Below, in pieces: positions 16,819-25,516 of a stretch of 64,000 bases of DNA. The translations under genes were made by a program, and so were the position numbers. The first letter of the stretch is position 1. The number at the start of each line of letters is the position of its first letter. The notes beneath the pieces are model-generated. The model was not told the DNA's origin, made no database searches, and saw nothing but the letters and a program-made list of their open reading frames with translations. Origin of the DNA: Thermoplasmata archaeon (GTDB lineage Archaea > Thermoplasmatota > Thermoplasmata > Lutacidiplasmatales > UBA184); assembly GCA_022749935.1 (NCBI GenBank), contig JAKIWQ010000003.1:25138-89137 (forward strand), written 5' to 3'.

Positions 16819-16902
16819 GCTGAGGTAGCCTAGTCCGGTAAGGCGCCAGCCTTGAAAGCTGGTGGCGATTCCGCCACGGGAGTTCAAATCTCCCCCTCAG
16901 CG
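16819..16902 (+). tRNA. tRNA-Ser (anticodon UGA), class II with long variable arm
   Basis: Acceptor is GCTGAGG/CCTCAGC. D-arm is GCCT-AGTCCGGTA-AGGC. The anticodon arm is CCAGC-CTTGAAA-GCTGG. The variable arm is TGGCGATTCCGCCAC and the T-arm is GGGAG-TTCAAAT-CTCCC. A TTTATT box lies at 16788-16793. Confidence 0.9.
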
Positions 16903-17637
16903 TTCCTCGGGGGCGACCCCGACGAGCCATCCCCGGTCTATGGATCCGCGACGGCGCGGTGGGAGCCAGGTCGCCTTCAGGCCCGTGGCCCCTAGGAGCT
17001 GCTTCAGCCGGGCCGGCTCGGTCAAGCGCAACTCCTCGACCTCGCGGACGTGTCGGAATCCCCGTCCCTCCTCCCCGATGAGATAGTCGAAGTGGATCTG
17101 CGAATTCACCCCCCGGCGCGTGCCGTAGCCGGCGCGCAAGATCTTGGTGGTCGCGTCCTCGTACAGGTCCACGCTCACATGCCCCGGACGGAATTCCTCC
17201 GGAGCGAGCCAGGGCACCGAGATCGCCACCCCGCCGGGCCGGAGGTGACGGGCGAAGGCCCGAAACGCGGAGCGCAGGTCGGACTCGGTTCGGAGATAGC
17301 CGATCGCGCTGAACAGACAACTCACCACATCAAACCGCGCTCCGAGGTCGAGGGACCGCATGTCGGCCGCGACGAGGGACACCCCGGGGAGTCGACGCCG
17401 AGCTTCCCGCAGCATCGGGCGGCTCAGGTCTACCCCCGCGACGTCGTAGTGACGCCGGAGGAACTCGAGATGGCGACCGGTCCCGCACGCTACGTCGAGC
17501 CATCGACGGCCCGACGACCGGCCGAATCGCCGCGCGAGGGCGACCACGCGGGCCGTCTCGCCCTCGTAGTCGCGGCGGGAGTAGATCCGGTCATAGTAGA
17601 CCGCCAGTTGGCGGTACATCGGAGTCGGTGCGCTCAT
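16897..17637 (-). CDS. Class I SAM-dependent methyltransferase
   Basis: 246-aa ORF with motif I (WLDVACGTGRHL) and VAGVDLS..ML. Its stop overlaps the 3' end of tRNA-Ser by 6 nt on the opposite strand. Confidence 0.75.
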   Translation of the reverse strand: MSAPTPMYRQLAVYYDRIYSRRDYEGETARVVALARRFGRSSGRRWLDVACGTGRHLEFLRRHYDVAGVDLSRPMLREARRRLPGVSLVAADMRSLDLGARFDVVSCLFSAIGYLRTESDLRSAFRAFARHLRPGGVAISVPWLAPEEFRPGHVSVDLYEDATTKILRAGYGTRRGVNSQIHFDYLIGEEGRGFRHVREVEELRLTEPARLKQLLGATGLKATWLPPRRRGSIDRGWLVGVAPEER

Positions 17638-17723
17638 CCGGCCGACGAGGAGGTTCGTGTCACCCCGTGTTCCAGCGACCCCCGGTCCCGATTATAAGCG
17701 CGGTCCCGCTCGCCGACCGGGCC

Positions 17724-20354
17724 ATGCCGGACGCGAGCGTCTCCACTCCGCTCCTCGAGCAGTACGAGGGAGTGAAGGCCCGCTACCCCGGCCATCTCAT
17801 CCTCTTCCGGGTGGGTGATTTCTACGAGACGTTCGGGGACGACGCCCGCCTGCTGTCCCGCGAGCTCGACGTGGTCCTGACCGCCCGTTCCGCGGACGCA
17901 AAGGGAGTTCGAACCCCGATGGCCGGGGTGCCCCACCACGCGGTCGACACGTATCTCGGGCGTCTGGTCCAGAAGGGGTTCAAGGTCGCTCTTTGCGACC
18001 AGGTCGAGGACGCACGATTCGCCAAGGGGCTGGTCCGTCGAGAAGTGACGAGGGTCGTCACCCCAGGGACGGTCGTCGAAGACCGGATCCTGGGGGGTCC
18101 GGACCACAGCTTCCTCGCGGTCGCCGGCGAGATCGAGAGCGGGGCTGGTGAGTACGCGGCCGTGGACATCACGACCGGAGAGTGGTACCACGGGACCGCG
18201 GATGGCCCCGGGACCGAAGCTCTCGCCTCCGCGCTCGCGCCCTTCCAGCCGCGGGAGATCCTGTGGTCGGTCCCCGCCGACCGTCCGTCGACCCTCTCCC
18301 GAACCCTCGGGCGAGAGTACCCCGGAGCGCGCCTCGAGGCGGCCCCGTCCCCCCTTACCCTCGCCGAACTCCCCGAGCGTTTCCGGCGCGGGTTCGCGGG
18401 GCCGGATGCGGCGACGAAGGTCGACCTCCAGCTGGCCGCGTACCTCCGCGCCACCCAGCCGCGGCTCCTTCCGCACCTCGAGGTCGTCCCGCACGGCACG
18501 GAGTCCCGCCGGCTCGCCCTGGACGCGAAGACGCTGCGGCACCTCGAGATCCGTCGCCCGATGAACCCGGACGACCCGAGCGGGCCGACCCTGCTCGAAA
18601 CCTGGGACGCCACGGTCACCTCGCCCGGCCGGCGTACGCTCTCATTCTGGCTGGCCAACCCTCTCGCCGACGTCGGGGCGATCCAGGAGCGTCAGGATGC
18701 GGTCGCTGCGCTCCTCGCTCGGGGCGCCTTCCTGGACGAACTCCGCACCCGTCTGCACACGATCGCCGACCTGGCCCGAATCGCCTCCCGCGTCGCCGGT
18801 CGGAGAGTTCGGCCTCCGGAGCTCGGCGTTCTCCGTCAAGGACTCCTCGCGACCGAGCACCTCGGCCCGTGGCTAGCGGAGACTCCCATGGGCGTCCGCC
18901 TGGACCGGCTCCGGGAAACCTTGCTTCCCCCTCCCGAACTTCTCGAGCTCCTCGGGTCGGCGCTCCCGGACTCCCTGCCGCTCCGGGACGACGATGGCGG
19001 ACGGTTCCGCGCCGGGCATGCCCCCGAGGTCGACCGTTGGCGCACCCTGGAACAGACCGCACTGACCGAGCTCGCCACGCTCGAGCGGGCGGAGCAGCAG
19101 GCCACGGGGATCAAGACGCTCCGGATCTCGTACAACCAGGTCTTTGGCTACTACATCGAGGTGACCCGACCGCACCTCGCGCGAGTCCCGTCCCACTTCC
19201 GACGCCGCCAGACGGTGGCCCAGGCCGAGCGGTTCACGAGCGACCAGCTCGAGGAGATCGAGCACCGGATCCTGGACGCCCGGAGGCACGCCTCGGAGGC
19301 CGAGGAACTCGAGTGGGAACGCCTCCTCGCCGCGGTCGATACCCACGTGCCCGCGATCCACCGGGTGGCTCGGGCCGTCGGAGAGCTCGATGTCCTGGCG
19401 ACCTTTGCCCATCTCGCCCAGACCCGAGGGTACGTTCGGCCGGTCGTGGATGACTCCTCGGTCCTCCTCATCCGGGAGGGGCGGCACCCGGTGCTCGAGC
19501 GGGCCGACGCTCCCCCCTTCGTGCCGAACGATACCGAGCTCGACGCGGAGCACGGCCGGCTCGTCGTCCTGACCGGCCCCAACATGTCGGGCAAGTCGAC
19601 GTACATGCGGCAGGTCGGCCTGCTGGTCGTCCTGGCCCAGGCCGGCTCCTTCGTCCCGGCCCGGTTCGCGCGCATCGGACTCGTGAACCGTCTGTTCACC
19701 CGGATGGGGTTCACTGACGAGATCGGCCGGGGCAAGTCGAGCTTCATGGTCGAGATGAGCGAAGTCGCCGAGATCCTCCATGCGGCGGACGCGAAATCGC
19801 TCGTTCTCCTCGATGAAGTGGGGCGTGGGACGAGTACCTTCGACGGCCTCGCCCTCGCCTGGGCGACCGTGCGGCACCTCCACGAACGTACGGGGGCCCG
19901 CTGTCTCCTGGCGACCCACTACCACCAGCTCACCGAGCTCGTCGGCTCCCTGCCGCAGGCTCGGAACGCCCACCTGGCCGTTCGGGAGGGACCCGACGGG
20001 ATCGTGTTCCTCCATCGGCTGGTGCCCGGAAGCACCGACCGAAGCTACGGCATCCACGTCGCTCGACTTGCCGGTGTCCCGGAGGACGTTCTCGTGGAGG
20101 CCGAGCGGTTGCTCCGACAGTTGGAGGAGGAAGGGATCGTGACCGCGGCTCCCTCGCGCCGGTCCGGACGTCCGACGCCCCGCTACACCCAGGCCGTGCT
20201 CCTCGCAGAAACCGACCGTCCGCGCGACCCCGTCCTCCAAGCCCTAGAAGACGTCGACCCCGACTCGCTCACCGCCGAGGAAGCCCAACGTCGATTGCGC
20301 GAACTCCGGGAACTGGCCCGACGCTCCTCCTTCTCGCTCCGCGGGGACCCGTGA
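17724..20354 (+). CDS. mutS: DNA mismatch repair protein MutS (MutS1 type)
   Basis: Start at Met 17724 inside track ORF 17628..20354. N-terminal TPLLEQY...GDFYETFGDDA is the mismatch-binding motif. Also has Walker A GPNMSGKST and a TH.H.L motif. Confidence 0.95.
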   Translation: MPDASVSTPLLEQYEGVKARYPGHLILFRVGDFYETFGDDARLLSRELDVVLTARSADAKGVRTPMAGVPHHAVDTYLGRLVQKGFKVALCDQVEDARFAKGLVRREVTRVVTPGTVVEDRILGGPDHSFLAVAGEIESGAGEYAAVDITTGEWYHGTADGPGTEALASALAPFQPREILWSVPADRPSTLSRTLGREYPGARLEAAPSPLTLAELPERFRRGFAGPDAATKVDLQLAAYLRATQPRLLPHLEVVPHGTESRRLALDAKTLRHLEIRRPMNPDDPSGPTLLETWDATVTSPGRRTLSFWLANPLADVGAIQERQDAVAALLARGAFLDELRTRLHTIADLARIASRVAGRRVRPPELGVLRQGLLATEHLGPWLAETPMGVRLDRLRETLLPPPELLELLGSALPDSLPLRDDDGGRFRAGHAPEVDRWRTLEQTALTELATLERAEQQATGIKTLRISYNQVFGYYIEVTRPHLARVPSHFRRRQTVAQAERFTSDQLEEIEHRILDARRHASEAEELEWERLLAAVDTHVPAIHRVARAVGELDVLATFAHLAQTRGYVRPVVDDSSVLLIREGRHPVLERADAPPFVPNDTELDAEHGRLVVLTGPNMSGKSTYMRQVGLLVVLAQAGSFVPARFARIGLVNRLFTRMGFTDEIGRGKSSFMVEMSEVAEILHAADAKSLVLLDEVGRGTSTFDGLALAWATVRHLHERTGARCLLATHYHQLTELVGSLPQARNAHLAVREGPDGIVFLHRLVPGSTDRSYGIHVARLAGVPEDVLVEAERLLRQLEEEGIVTAAPSRRSGRPTPRYTQAVLLAETDRPRDPVLQALEDVDPDSLTAEEAQRRLRELRELARRSSFSLRGDP

Positions 20355-22129
20355 GCCCGACCGCCGCTCCGGCCCGTCGACCCATCCGCCGGCTCGATGC
20401 GTCGACCGTCGAACGGATCGCGGCGGGGGAGGTCGTCGAGCGGCCCGCCTCCGTCGTGAAGGAGCTCGTCGAGAATGCGATCGACGCGGGGGCTCGGACC
20501 GTTTCCGTCCGGATCGAAGAGGGAGGGCTCTCGCGCATCGAGGTCGCCGATGACGGCGGCGGGATACCCGCGGGAGAGCTGCCGCTGGCGGTCGAGCGCC
20601 ACGCGACGAGCAAGCTCGACCCGGCCGGGCCGGTCGACCGGATCGACTCGCTCGGGTTCCGGGGGGAGGCGTTGGCGGCGATCGGCAGCGTGAGCCGCCT
20701 CCGACTGGTCTCCCGGACCCCGGACCGCGACGAGGCGTTCGGACTGACGGTGGAGGGCGGCACGGCGGGATCGGTCGTCCCGGTCGGTCGGGCCGTGGGG
20801 ACGACCGTCGAGGTCCGTGACCTCTTCTTCAACACCCCGGCCCGGCGCAAATTCCTCCGGAGCGCGGCGGCCGAGCAGGTCGAGGTGGTCGCCACCGTCG
20901 AACGCATGTACCTCGCCCGGCCGGACGTGACGTACCGGGTTCGAGGAGCGGAACGCGAGTTGGCCGTCTATCCAGGGACGACCGAACTCCGGGACGCCGC
21001 GGCTCGGGTACTCGGCCCGTCCCTTTTGCGGGAGTCGTTCTTCCTGGCGGGGGAGATCCCCGGGGGCCGGGTCGAGGGTCTCCTCGGTCGGCCGGCGACG
21101 GCCGCTTCGTCCTCCCGGGGGCTTCACTTCTCGGTGGACGGACGCGCGGTCACCTCTCGGCCCCTCGCCCAGGCGGTTCGCCTGGCGTTCGGCGATTACA
21201 TCCCCAAGTCCCGGTATCCGGTGGGCGTCCTCCGACTGGAACTCGCCCGCGACCGGGTGGACGTCAACGTCCATCCGACCAAGCGCGAAGTCCGGTTCCT
21301 TCACGAGAGGGACCTCGCCGACCGGATCCGGATCCTTGTACGCGAGACGCTCCTCGGCACCCCGACGGGTGCGGAGGCTCCGCAGGTTCGGGGCTCACCG
21401 CGTACCCCCGAGAGGGCCGCCCGCATTCGGGCTTCTTCGCCCGCCGAACTTCCCGGGACGACCTCCCGACCCAGATCGGGTGGGCGCCAACAATCGCTCC
21501 TCGCCGGGGCTCCGGCCACGGTCCGCCGCCCGGTCGCGGCCCGCGGCCCCCACCCCCGACTGGAACTTATCGGGTGCATCGCGGCCCTCTACTGGGTGGC
21601 GGAAACCGAGGACGGGCTCGTGCTGGTCGATCAGCACGCCGCGAGCGAGCGAGTGGTCTACGAAGCCCTCCGGCGGGACGGCACCCTCTCGCGCCAGACC
21701 CTCGTAGCGCCCCTTCTGCTTCATCTCTCGGGCGTCCAGCGCGCGGCCCTCGAGGCGCACGCGGACGCCGTGCGAGCCGCCGGCTTCGACGTCGAGGAGT
21801 TCGGGCCCGATACCCATCGCCTTCGTTCCGTACCCGCGTACCGGGGTCGCCGAGCCCGGGCGGAGGCGTTGGCCGAGCTCCTCTCCGAGCTCGCGACCGG
21901 CGGGCGTCCCGCGCTTCCGGATGGCCTCGAGGAACGGACGGCGGCGTCGATCGCGTGCCACGCCGCGATCCGGGCCGGCGACGTCGTCGAACGCGAGGAG
22001 TTCGCCCGGGTCCTCGACGCCCTGCACCACCTTCCGGAAGCCTCCTACTCGTGCCCGCACGGTCGCCCGATCGAGGTTCGGGTCCCGAAGAGCCGGATCG
22101 ATCGGTGGTTCCTCCGCTCCGGAGCATGA
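20351..22129 (+). CDS. mutL: DNA mismatch repair protein MutL (endonuclease-proficient type)
   Basis: GTG start overlaps the mutS stop (GTGA). The GHKL N-domain reads GEVVERPASVVKELVENAIDAG. The C-terminal motifs DQHAASERVVYE and CPHGRP are present. Confidence 0.95.
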   Translation: MSPTAAPARRPIRRLDASTVERIAAGEVVERPASVVKELVENAIDAGARTVSVRIEEGGLSRIEVADDGGGIPAGELPLAVERHATSKLDPAGPVDRIDSLGFRGEALAAIGSVSRLRLVSRTPDRDEAFGLTVEGGTAGSVVPVGRAVGTTVEVRDLFFNTPARRKFLRSAAAEQVEVVATVERMYLARPDVTYRVRGAERELAVYPGTTELRDAAARVLGPSLLRESFFLAGEIPGGRVEGLLGRPATAASSSRGLHFSVDGRAVTSRPLAQAVRLAFGDYIPKSRYPVGVLRLELARDRVDVNVHPTKREVRFLHERDLADRIRILVRETLLGTPTGAEAPQVRGSPRTPERAARIRASSPAELPGTTSRPRSGGRQQSLLAGAPATVRRPVAARGPHPRLELIGCIAALYWVAETEDGLVLVDQHAASERVVYEALRRDGTLSRQTLVAPLLLHLSGVQRAALEAHADAVRAAGFDVEEFGPDTHRLRSVPAYRGRRARAEALAELLSELATGGRPALPDGLEERTAASIACHAAIRAGDVVEREEFARVLDALHHLPEASYSCPHGRPIEVRVPKSRIDRWFLRSGA

Positions 22130-22677
22130 CCGCGGCACGAACCCCCCGTCCGTCGGAGCGGTCGATCGTGGAGGCGACCGCTCGGCACCTCGAAGCCGAA
22201 GGATACCGGACCTGGATCGATCCGGACGGTACCGACTACTTCGACCTGGTCGCTCGTCGGGGCGCCGAGGTCGGGTTGGTGGAAGCCAAAGTGGCGAACG
22301 CCCGCGCCGTGCTGACCCAGGCTCTCGTCCGCCGCGTCTGGGGGGACTGGGTCGCGGTGGTCGTGTCGACCCGCCGTTCCGCGACCGCGCTGGCCGAACG
22401 CACGAAAGGGACCCGGGCCGAGCCGGTGGGTATCTGGTGGTGCGACCCGGCCGGGGTGGGCGTGGCCCGCGCGGCGGGGAGATGGCCCTCGCCGGGAGGC
22501 GACGACCCGTACCGAGCCCTCCGAGAACGGTTCTCCGGAGTTCTCGACGCGATCGAGCGGGGCGACGTTCCCTCGGGATTGCCCTGGTCGGGGGTGCCGG
22601 GGACGGTGCGTCGAGCGTCCGGAGGACGGGGATTCCGGGAGTGGCGCCTCGATGAGGGGACGGACCCGTCGCGCTAG
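22126..22677 (+). CDS. PD-(D/E)xK nuclease-fold protein, Hjc/NucS-like (183 aa)
   Basis: ATG 22126 overlaps the mutL stop (ATGA); this is the distal part of track ORF 21574..22677. Motif string: ERSIVE...LEAEGY...DYFDLVARRG..VGLVEAKV (E ... D ... ExK). Confidence 0.55.
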   Translation: MTAARTPRPSERSIVEATARHLEAEGYRTWIDPDGTDYFDLVARRGAEVGLVEAKVANARAVLTQALVRRVWGDWVAVVVSTRRSATALAERTKGTRAEPVGIWWCDPAGVGVARAAGRWPSPGGDDPYRALRERFSGVLDAIERGDVPSGLPWSGVPGTVRRASGGRGFREWRLDEGTDPSR

Positions 22678-23822
22678 GACGCCGTCCGGGCGATCCCTTC
22701 GGAGACCATGCCGGCCACGCGTTCGGGTCGGAACCGGTCGCCGTAGCGCTCTCCGGCGGCGGTGAGCTCGCGCCGCTCGCGGGAGTCGGCGAGGAGTTCC
22801 GCGAGGGCGGCCGCGAGCTCGGCCGGATCGTCCGACGGTACGGTGCGGACCGCGCCTCCGGGGTCGAGCGGGAAGCGGACCCCGGGCCCCACGATGACGG
22901 GGCAGTTCGCCCGCAGCGAGAGGATGACGCCCGGGTCGAACCCTACATACGACGGGGCGACCAGCGCTACGTCCCCCGCGGCGAACGCCCGTTCGAACGT
23001 CGCGGAGTCCCGGTCGAGGATGGACGAGACCCCGGGCTCCGTAGGGGCCGCGCCGCCGACCACGACCAGCCGCGCCCCGGAGAAGAGCGAGCGGGTACGA
23101 CGGAACGCCTCCTGGACCCGAGCGGCCCCGGAGACCGAGGGATCCTCGGAGGCGAGCGGGGCGATGACGACGGGAACGTCGAGCGGGAGATGTAACTCGC
23201 GTCGGGCGTCCTCCCGGGTGACGCGGACACCGCTGTCCCGGACGGACGGAGGGACGGGACGCAGACGTCCCGCCGAGATGCCGTACTCCCTGGCCAGTAC
23301 CTCCGGCAGCTCCGGAGAGTCGTAGACCAGGTGCTGCGCCTCGTCCAGCGCACCCCGCTCGAGGCGACGCACGGCGCGGCGGTCCCTCCAGGTGTCGACG
23401 CGATCGAACAGGGAGGTCGCCGGCCGGCGGGAGGATTCCGTGTCGTACACCGCCAGTTCGAGCCGGTGGACCACGCCGACCACCGCCGGAGAGCTCCCGC
23501 GCCGGGTCTCGAGCCCGAGTCGGCCGAGGCCGAACGGGTCGCGGACCACGAGGTCGGCATCCGGACGGATCCGTCGTCCGGCCGCTTGCGTCAGCACCGC
23601 TCCCTCGACCAGCGCGCCGGGTCGGCGCAGAGGCACGTCGACCAGCAGCGGTTGCACACCGAACGGAGGCTCGGCGCTTGCGGGTCCGGCCGGATGGAGG
23701 ACTCGGACCTGGTCGCCCCCGGCGGCGAAGCCGGCGGCCAGGGCCCAAGCGGAGGCGGCCGGGTCGTACGGGTCCCGGGGGCACGGACCGACGGCGACCA
23801 GGTCGATGGTCCGTCCCGACAC
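22674..23822 (-). CDS. GT-B fold glycosyltransferase (GT4-like)
   Basis: Taken from GTG 23822; the rest of the 560-aa track ORF overlaps the upstream gene and is R/P-rich. C-terminal LVVVGG...VALVAPSYVGFDPGVILSLRANCPVIV resembles the GT4 nucleotide-sugar-binding region. Confidence 0.55.
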   Translation of the reverse strand: MSGRTIDLVAVGPCPRDPYDPAASAWALAAGFAAGGDQVRVLHPAGPASAEPPFGVQPLLVDVPLRRPGALVEGAVLTQAAGRRIRPDADLVVRDPFGLGRLGLETRRGSSPAVVGVVHRLELAVYDTESSRRPATSLFDRVDTWRDRRAVRRLERGALDEAQHLVYDSPELPEVLAREYGISAGRLRPVPPSVRDSGVRVTREDARRELHLPLDVPVVIAPLASEDPSVSGAARVQEAFRRTRSLFSGARLVVVGGAAPTEPGVSSILDRDSATFERAFAAGDVALVAPSYVGFDPGVILSLRANCPVIVGPGVRFPLDPGGAVRTVPSDDPAELAAALAELLADSRERRELTAAGERYGDRFRPERVAGMVSEGIARTAS

Positions 23823-23872
23823 GCCCCCGAGTCGTCGGGAGGGCCCAAAAAGCGTTCCGTCGCAGTGGCGGC

Positions 23873-25378
23873 CTAGGACGCGAGGCCGAGACGGGCCCCG
23901 AACGACCGTCCGTTCCAGGTCGCCGGCGCGACGACCCCCATCCCTTCGAGGATGGTGGGCGCGACATCGATGAGTCGGATGGCTCCTGGGTTGGCTCCGG
24001 CCCGGATCCCGTCCCCGGCTCCGATCAAGATCCCGTCCATGCGATGGGTGCCCGAGCCGCAGAAGTAGTCGGGGCGGTCGCGGATCAACGCCTGGGGGTA
24101 GGCGAAATCCATCCGAGGCTCCGTGCGCATGTCGTCGACCCGGATGAGGAGGTCGGGGGCGTGGCGGAGGTTGCGGCCCCGGTAGATCTGTTCCGGCCCG
24201 AGGACTTCGATTCGGGCCTCGGAATACTGCTCGAGCCGTTCCCGGATCGCGTCGAGGGCCGACGCACGGCGGGCGGGAGTGGCGAGGTCCGGATTGTGCG
24301 GGTTGAGGTAGATCCCTTCGGGCACCGGATAGGAGAATGCGATCGTCTTCTTCCAATCGATGTGCGAGTGGGCCTGCTCGAACGAGGCATCGCCGACGAC
24401 GAGGTTCGCGAGGCTCGCCCCGTGTCCCTCACGGAGGAGGTCGGCCATCCGTCGCGAGAACCGGGCCACGCCGGGAATTCTCTGGGCGGAGAGGAACAGC
24501 GAGCTGAACAGGCGCCGACCGAGGGGATTCGGAGCGCTCTGGAACTGCAGGAACCCCTCCTCCTGCAACCACCGATTCGTCAGGAAATCGGAGTGGATCT
24601 CTCCGTGCCCGTGGTCGGAGATGACGAGGGTGACGGCCGGTCCGGCCGTCGCGCGGAAGGCCGCATCGATGTCCGCACACGCCGTGTCGACCGCCTGCCA
24701 GAACTCGCGCAGGTCCGTCGGGATCTCGGAGGCCGGTCGGGCGAGCTCCTTCCAGAGCTGGTGTTGCAAACGGTCGGTCTCGCGGAAGAGGGCGAAGAGG
24801 AAGTCGGGTCGGTGACGCGCCGCGAGCGCCGCCGCGGCCCGACCCCGCTGGACCACCGAGCGCGTCGCGCCCGCGACCCAGGCGTCGCGCTCCGTGTCCT
24901 TGAACACCGGGAGCTCGGCCGGGTACTCCCCGCCGAGCTGGCCCTCGACTTCGGCGCGGAGGTTGCCCGGGAAGGTCGGGGCGGAACTCGAGAACATCCC
25001 CGGAAGGATGAACCCGTGGACCGGGTAGCCGGACCACAATGGGAAGTTCACGACGCCCACCCGCCGCCCGATGCGGGACAGACGATCCCAGATGGCTTCG
25101 GCCGGCCGGAACGTCTGCACGAGCTTCGAATGGCCCGGTACGCCCGCCGGCTCGGTGAAGCCGAAGATCCCGAGCTCGCCCGGGTCGAGACCGGTGGCGA
25201 ACGAGTACCACGCGGGGATCGTCTTCGCCGGATAGACCGAGGTGAGCGGGGCCTTGACGCCCTTCCGCGCCATCGAACGGAGGAAGGGGAGGTCGCCCGA
25301 CTCCATCAGCGGGTCGAGGAGTTCGAACGTCCCGCCGTCCAGCCCGAGGATGAGAAAGCGGCGGGCCGGCGACGGCAT
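23873..25378 (-). CDS. Alkaline-phosphatase superfamily protein (type I phosphodiesterase/nucleotide pyrophosphatase-like)
   Basis: Start at Met 25378 is preferred over TTG 25441 because a CTAAATAG box lies at 25422-25429. N-terminal FLILGLDGGTFELL...YPAKTIPAWYSFATG and a later ISDHGH motif are typical. Confidence 0.7.
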   Translation of the reverse strand: MPSPARRFLILGLDGGTFELLDPLMESGDLPFLRSMARKGVKAPLTSVYPAKTIPAWYSFATGLDPGELGIFGFTEPAGVPGHSKLVQTFRPAEAIWDRLSRIGRRVGVVNFPLWSGYPVHGFILPGMFSSSAPTFPGNLRAEVEGQLGGEYPAELPVFKDTERDAWVAGATRSVVQRGRAAAALAARHRPDFLFALFRETDRLQHQLWKELARPASEIPTDLREFWQAVDTACADIDAAFRATAGPAVTLVISDHGHGEIHSDFLTNRWLQEEGFLQFQSAPNPLGRRLFSSLFLSAQRIPGVARFSRRMADLLREGHGASLANLVVGDASFEQAHSHIDWKKTIAFSYPVPEGIYLNPHNPDLATPARRASALDAIRERLEQYSEARIEVLGPEQIYRGRNLRHAPDLLIRVDDMRTEPRMDFAYPQALIRDRPDYFCGSGTHRMDGILIGAGDGIRAGANPGAIRLIDVAPTILEGMGVVAPATWNGRSFGARLGLAS

Positions 25379-25516
25379 CGAAGCTGTCAATGACGCTCCG
25401 ATGCGTTCGACCCGGGTCACCCTATTTAGTGTTTCGTCCAACGGCGCAGCTACCGAGGACTCGGAGAGTCTATGCGGAGCGCCAGCGCGCGCCGGACGAC
25501 CGTTCGTGATGCGCGC

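Noticed and set aside
22045-25393. Long R/P/G-rich ORFs (22045..23967 minus, 23678..25393 plus, 24429..25211 minus) and the N-terminal 178 codons of track ORF 22674..24356
   Set aside because: Their compositions are implausible for proteins, with long runs of R, P and G. They overlap the better-supported mutL, nuclease, GT4-like and AP-superfamily genes. The GT4-like gene was trimmed to GTG 23822, just downstream of the neighbouring gene's stop at 23873.
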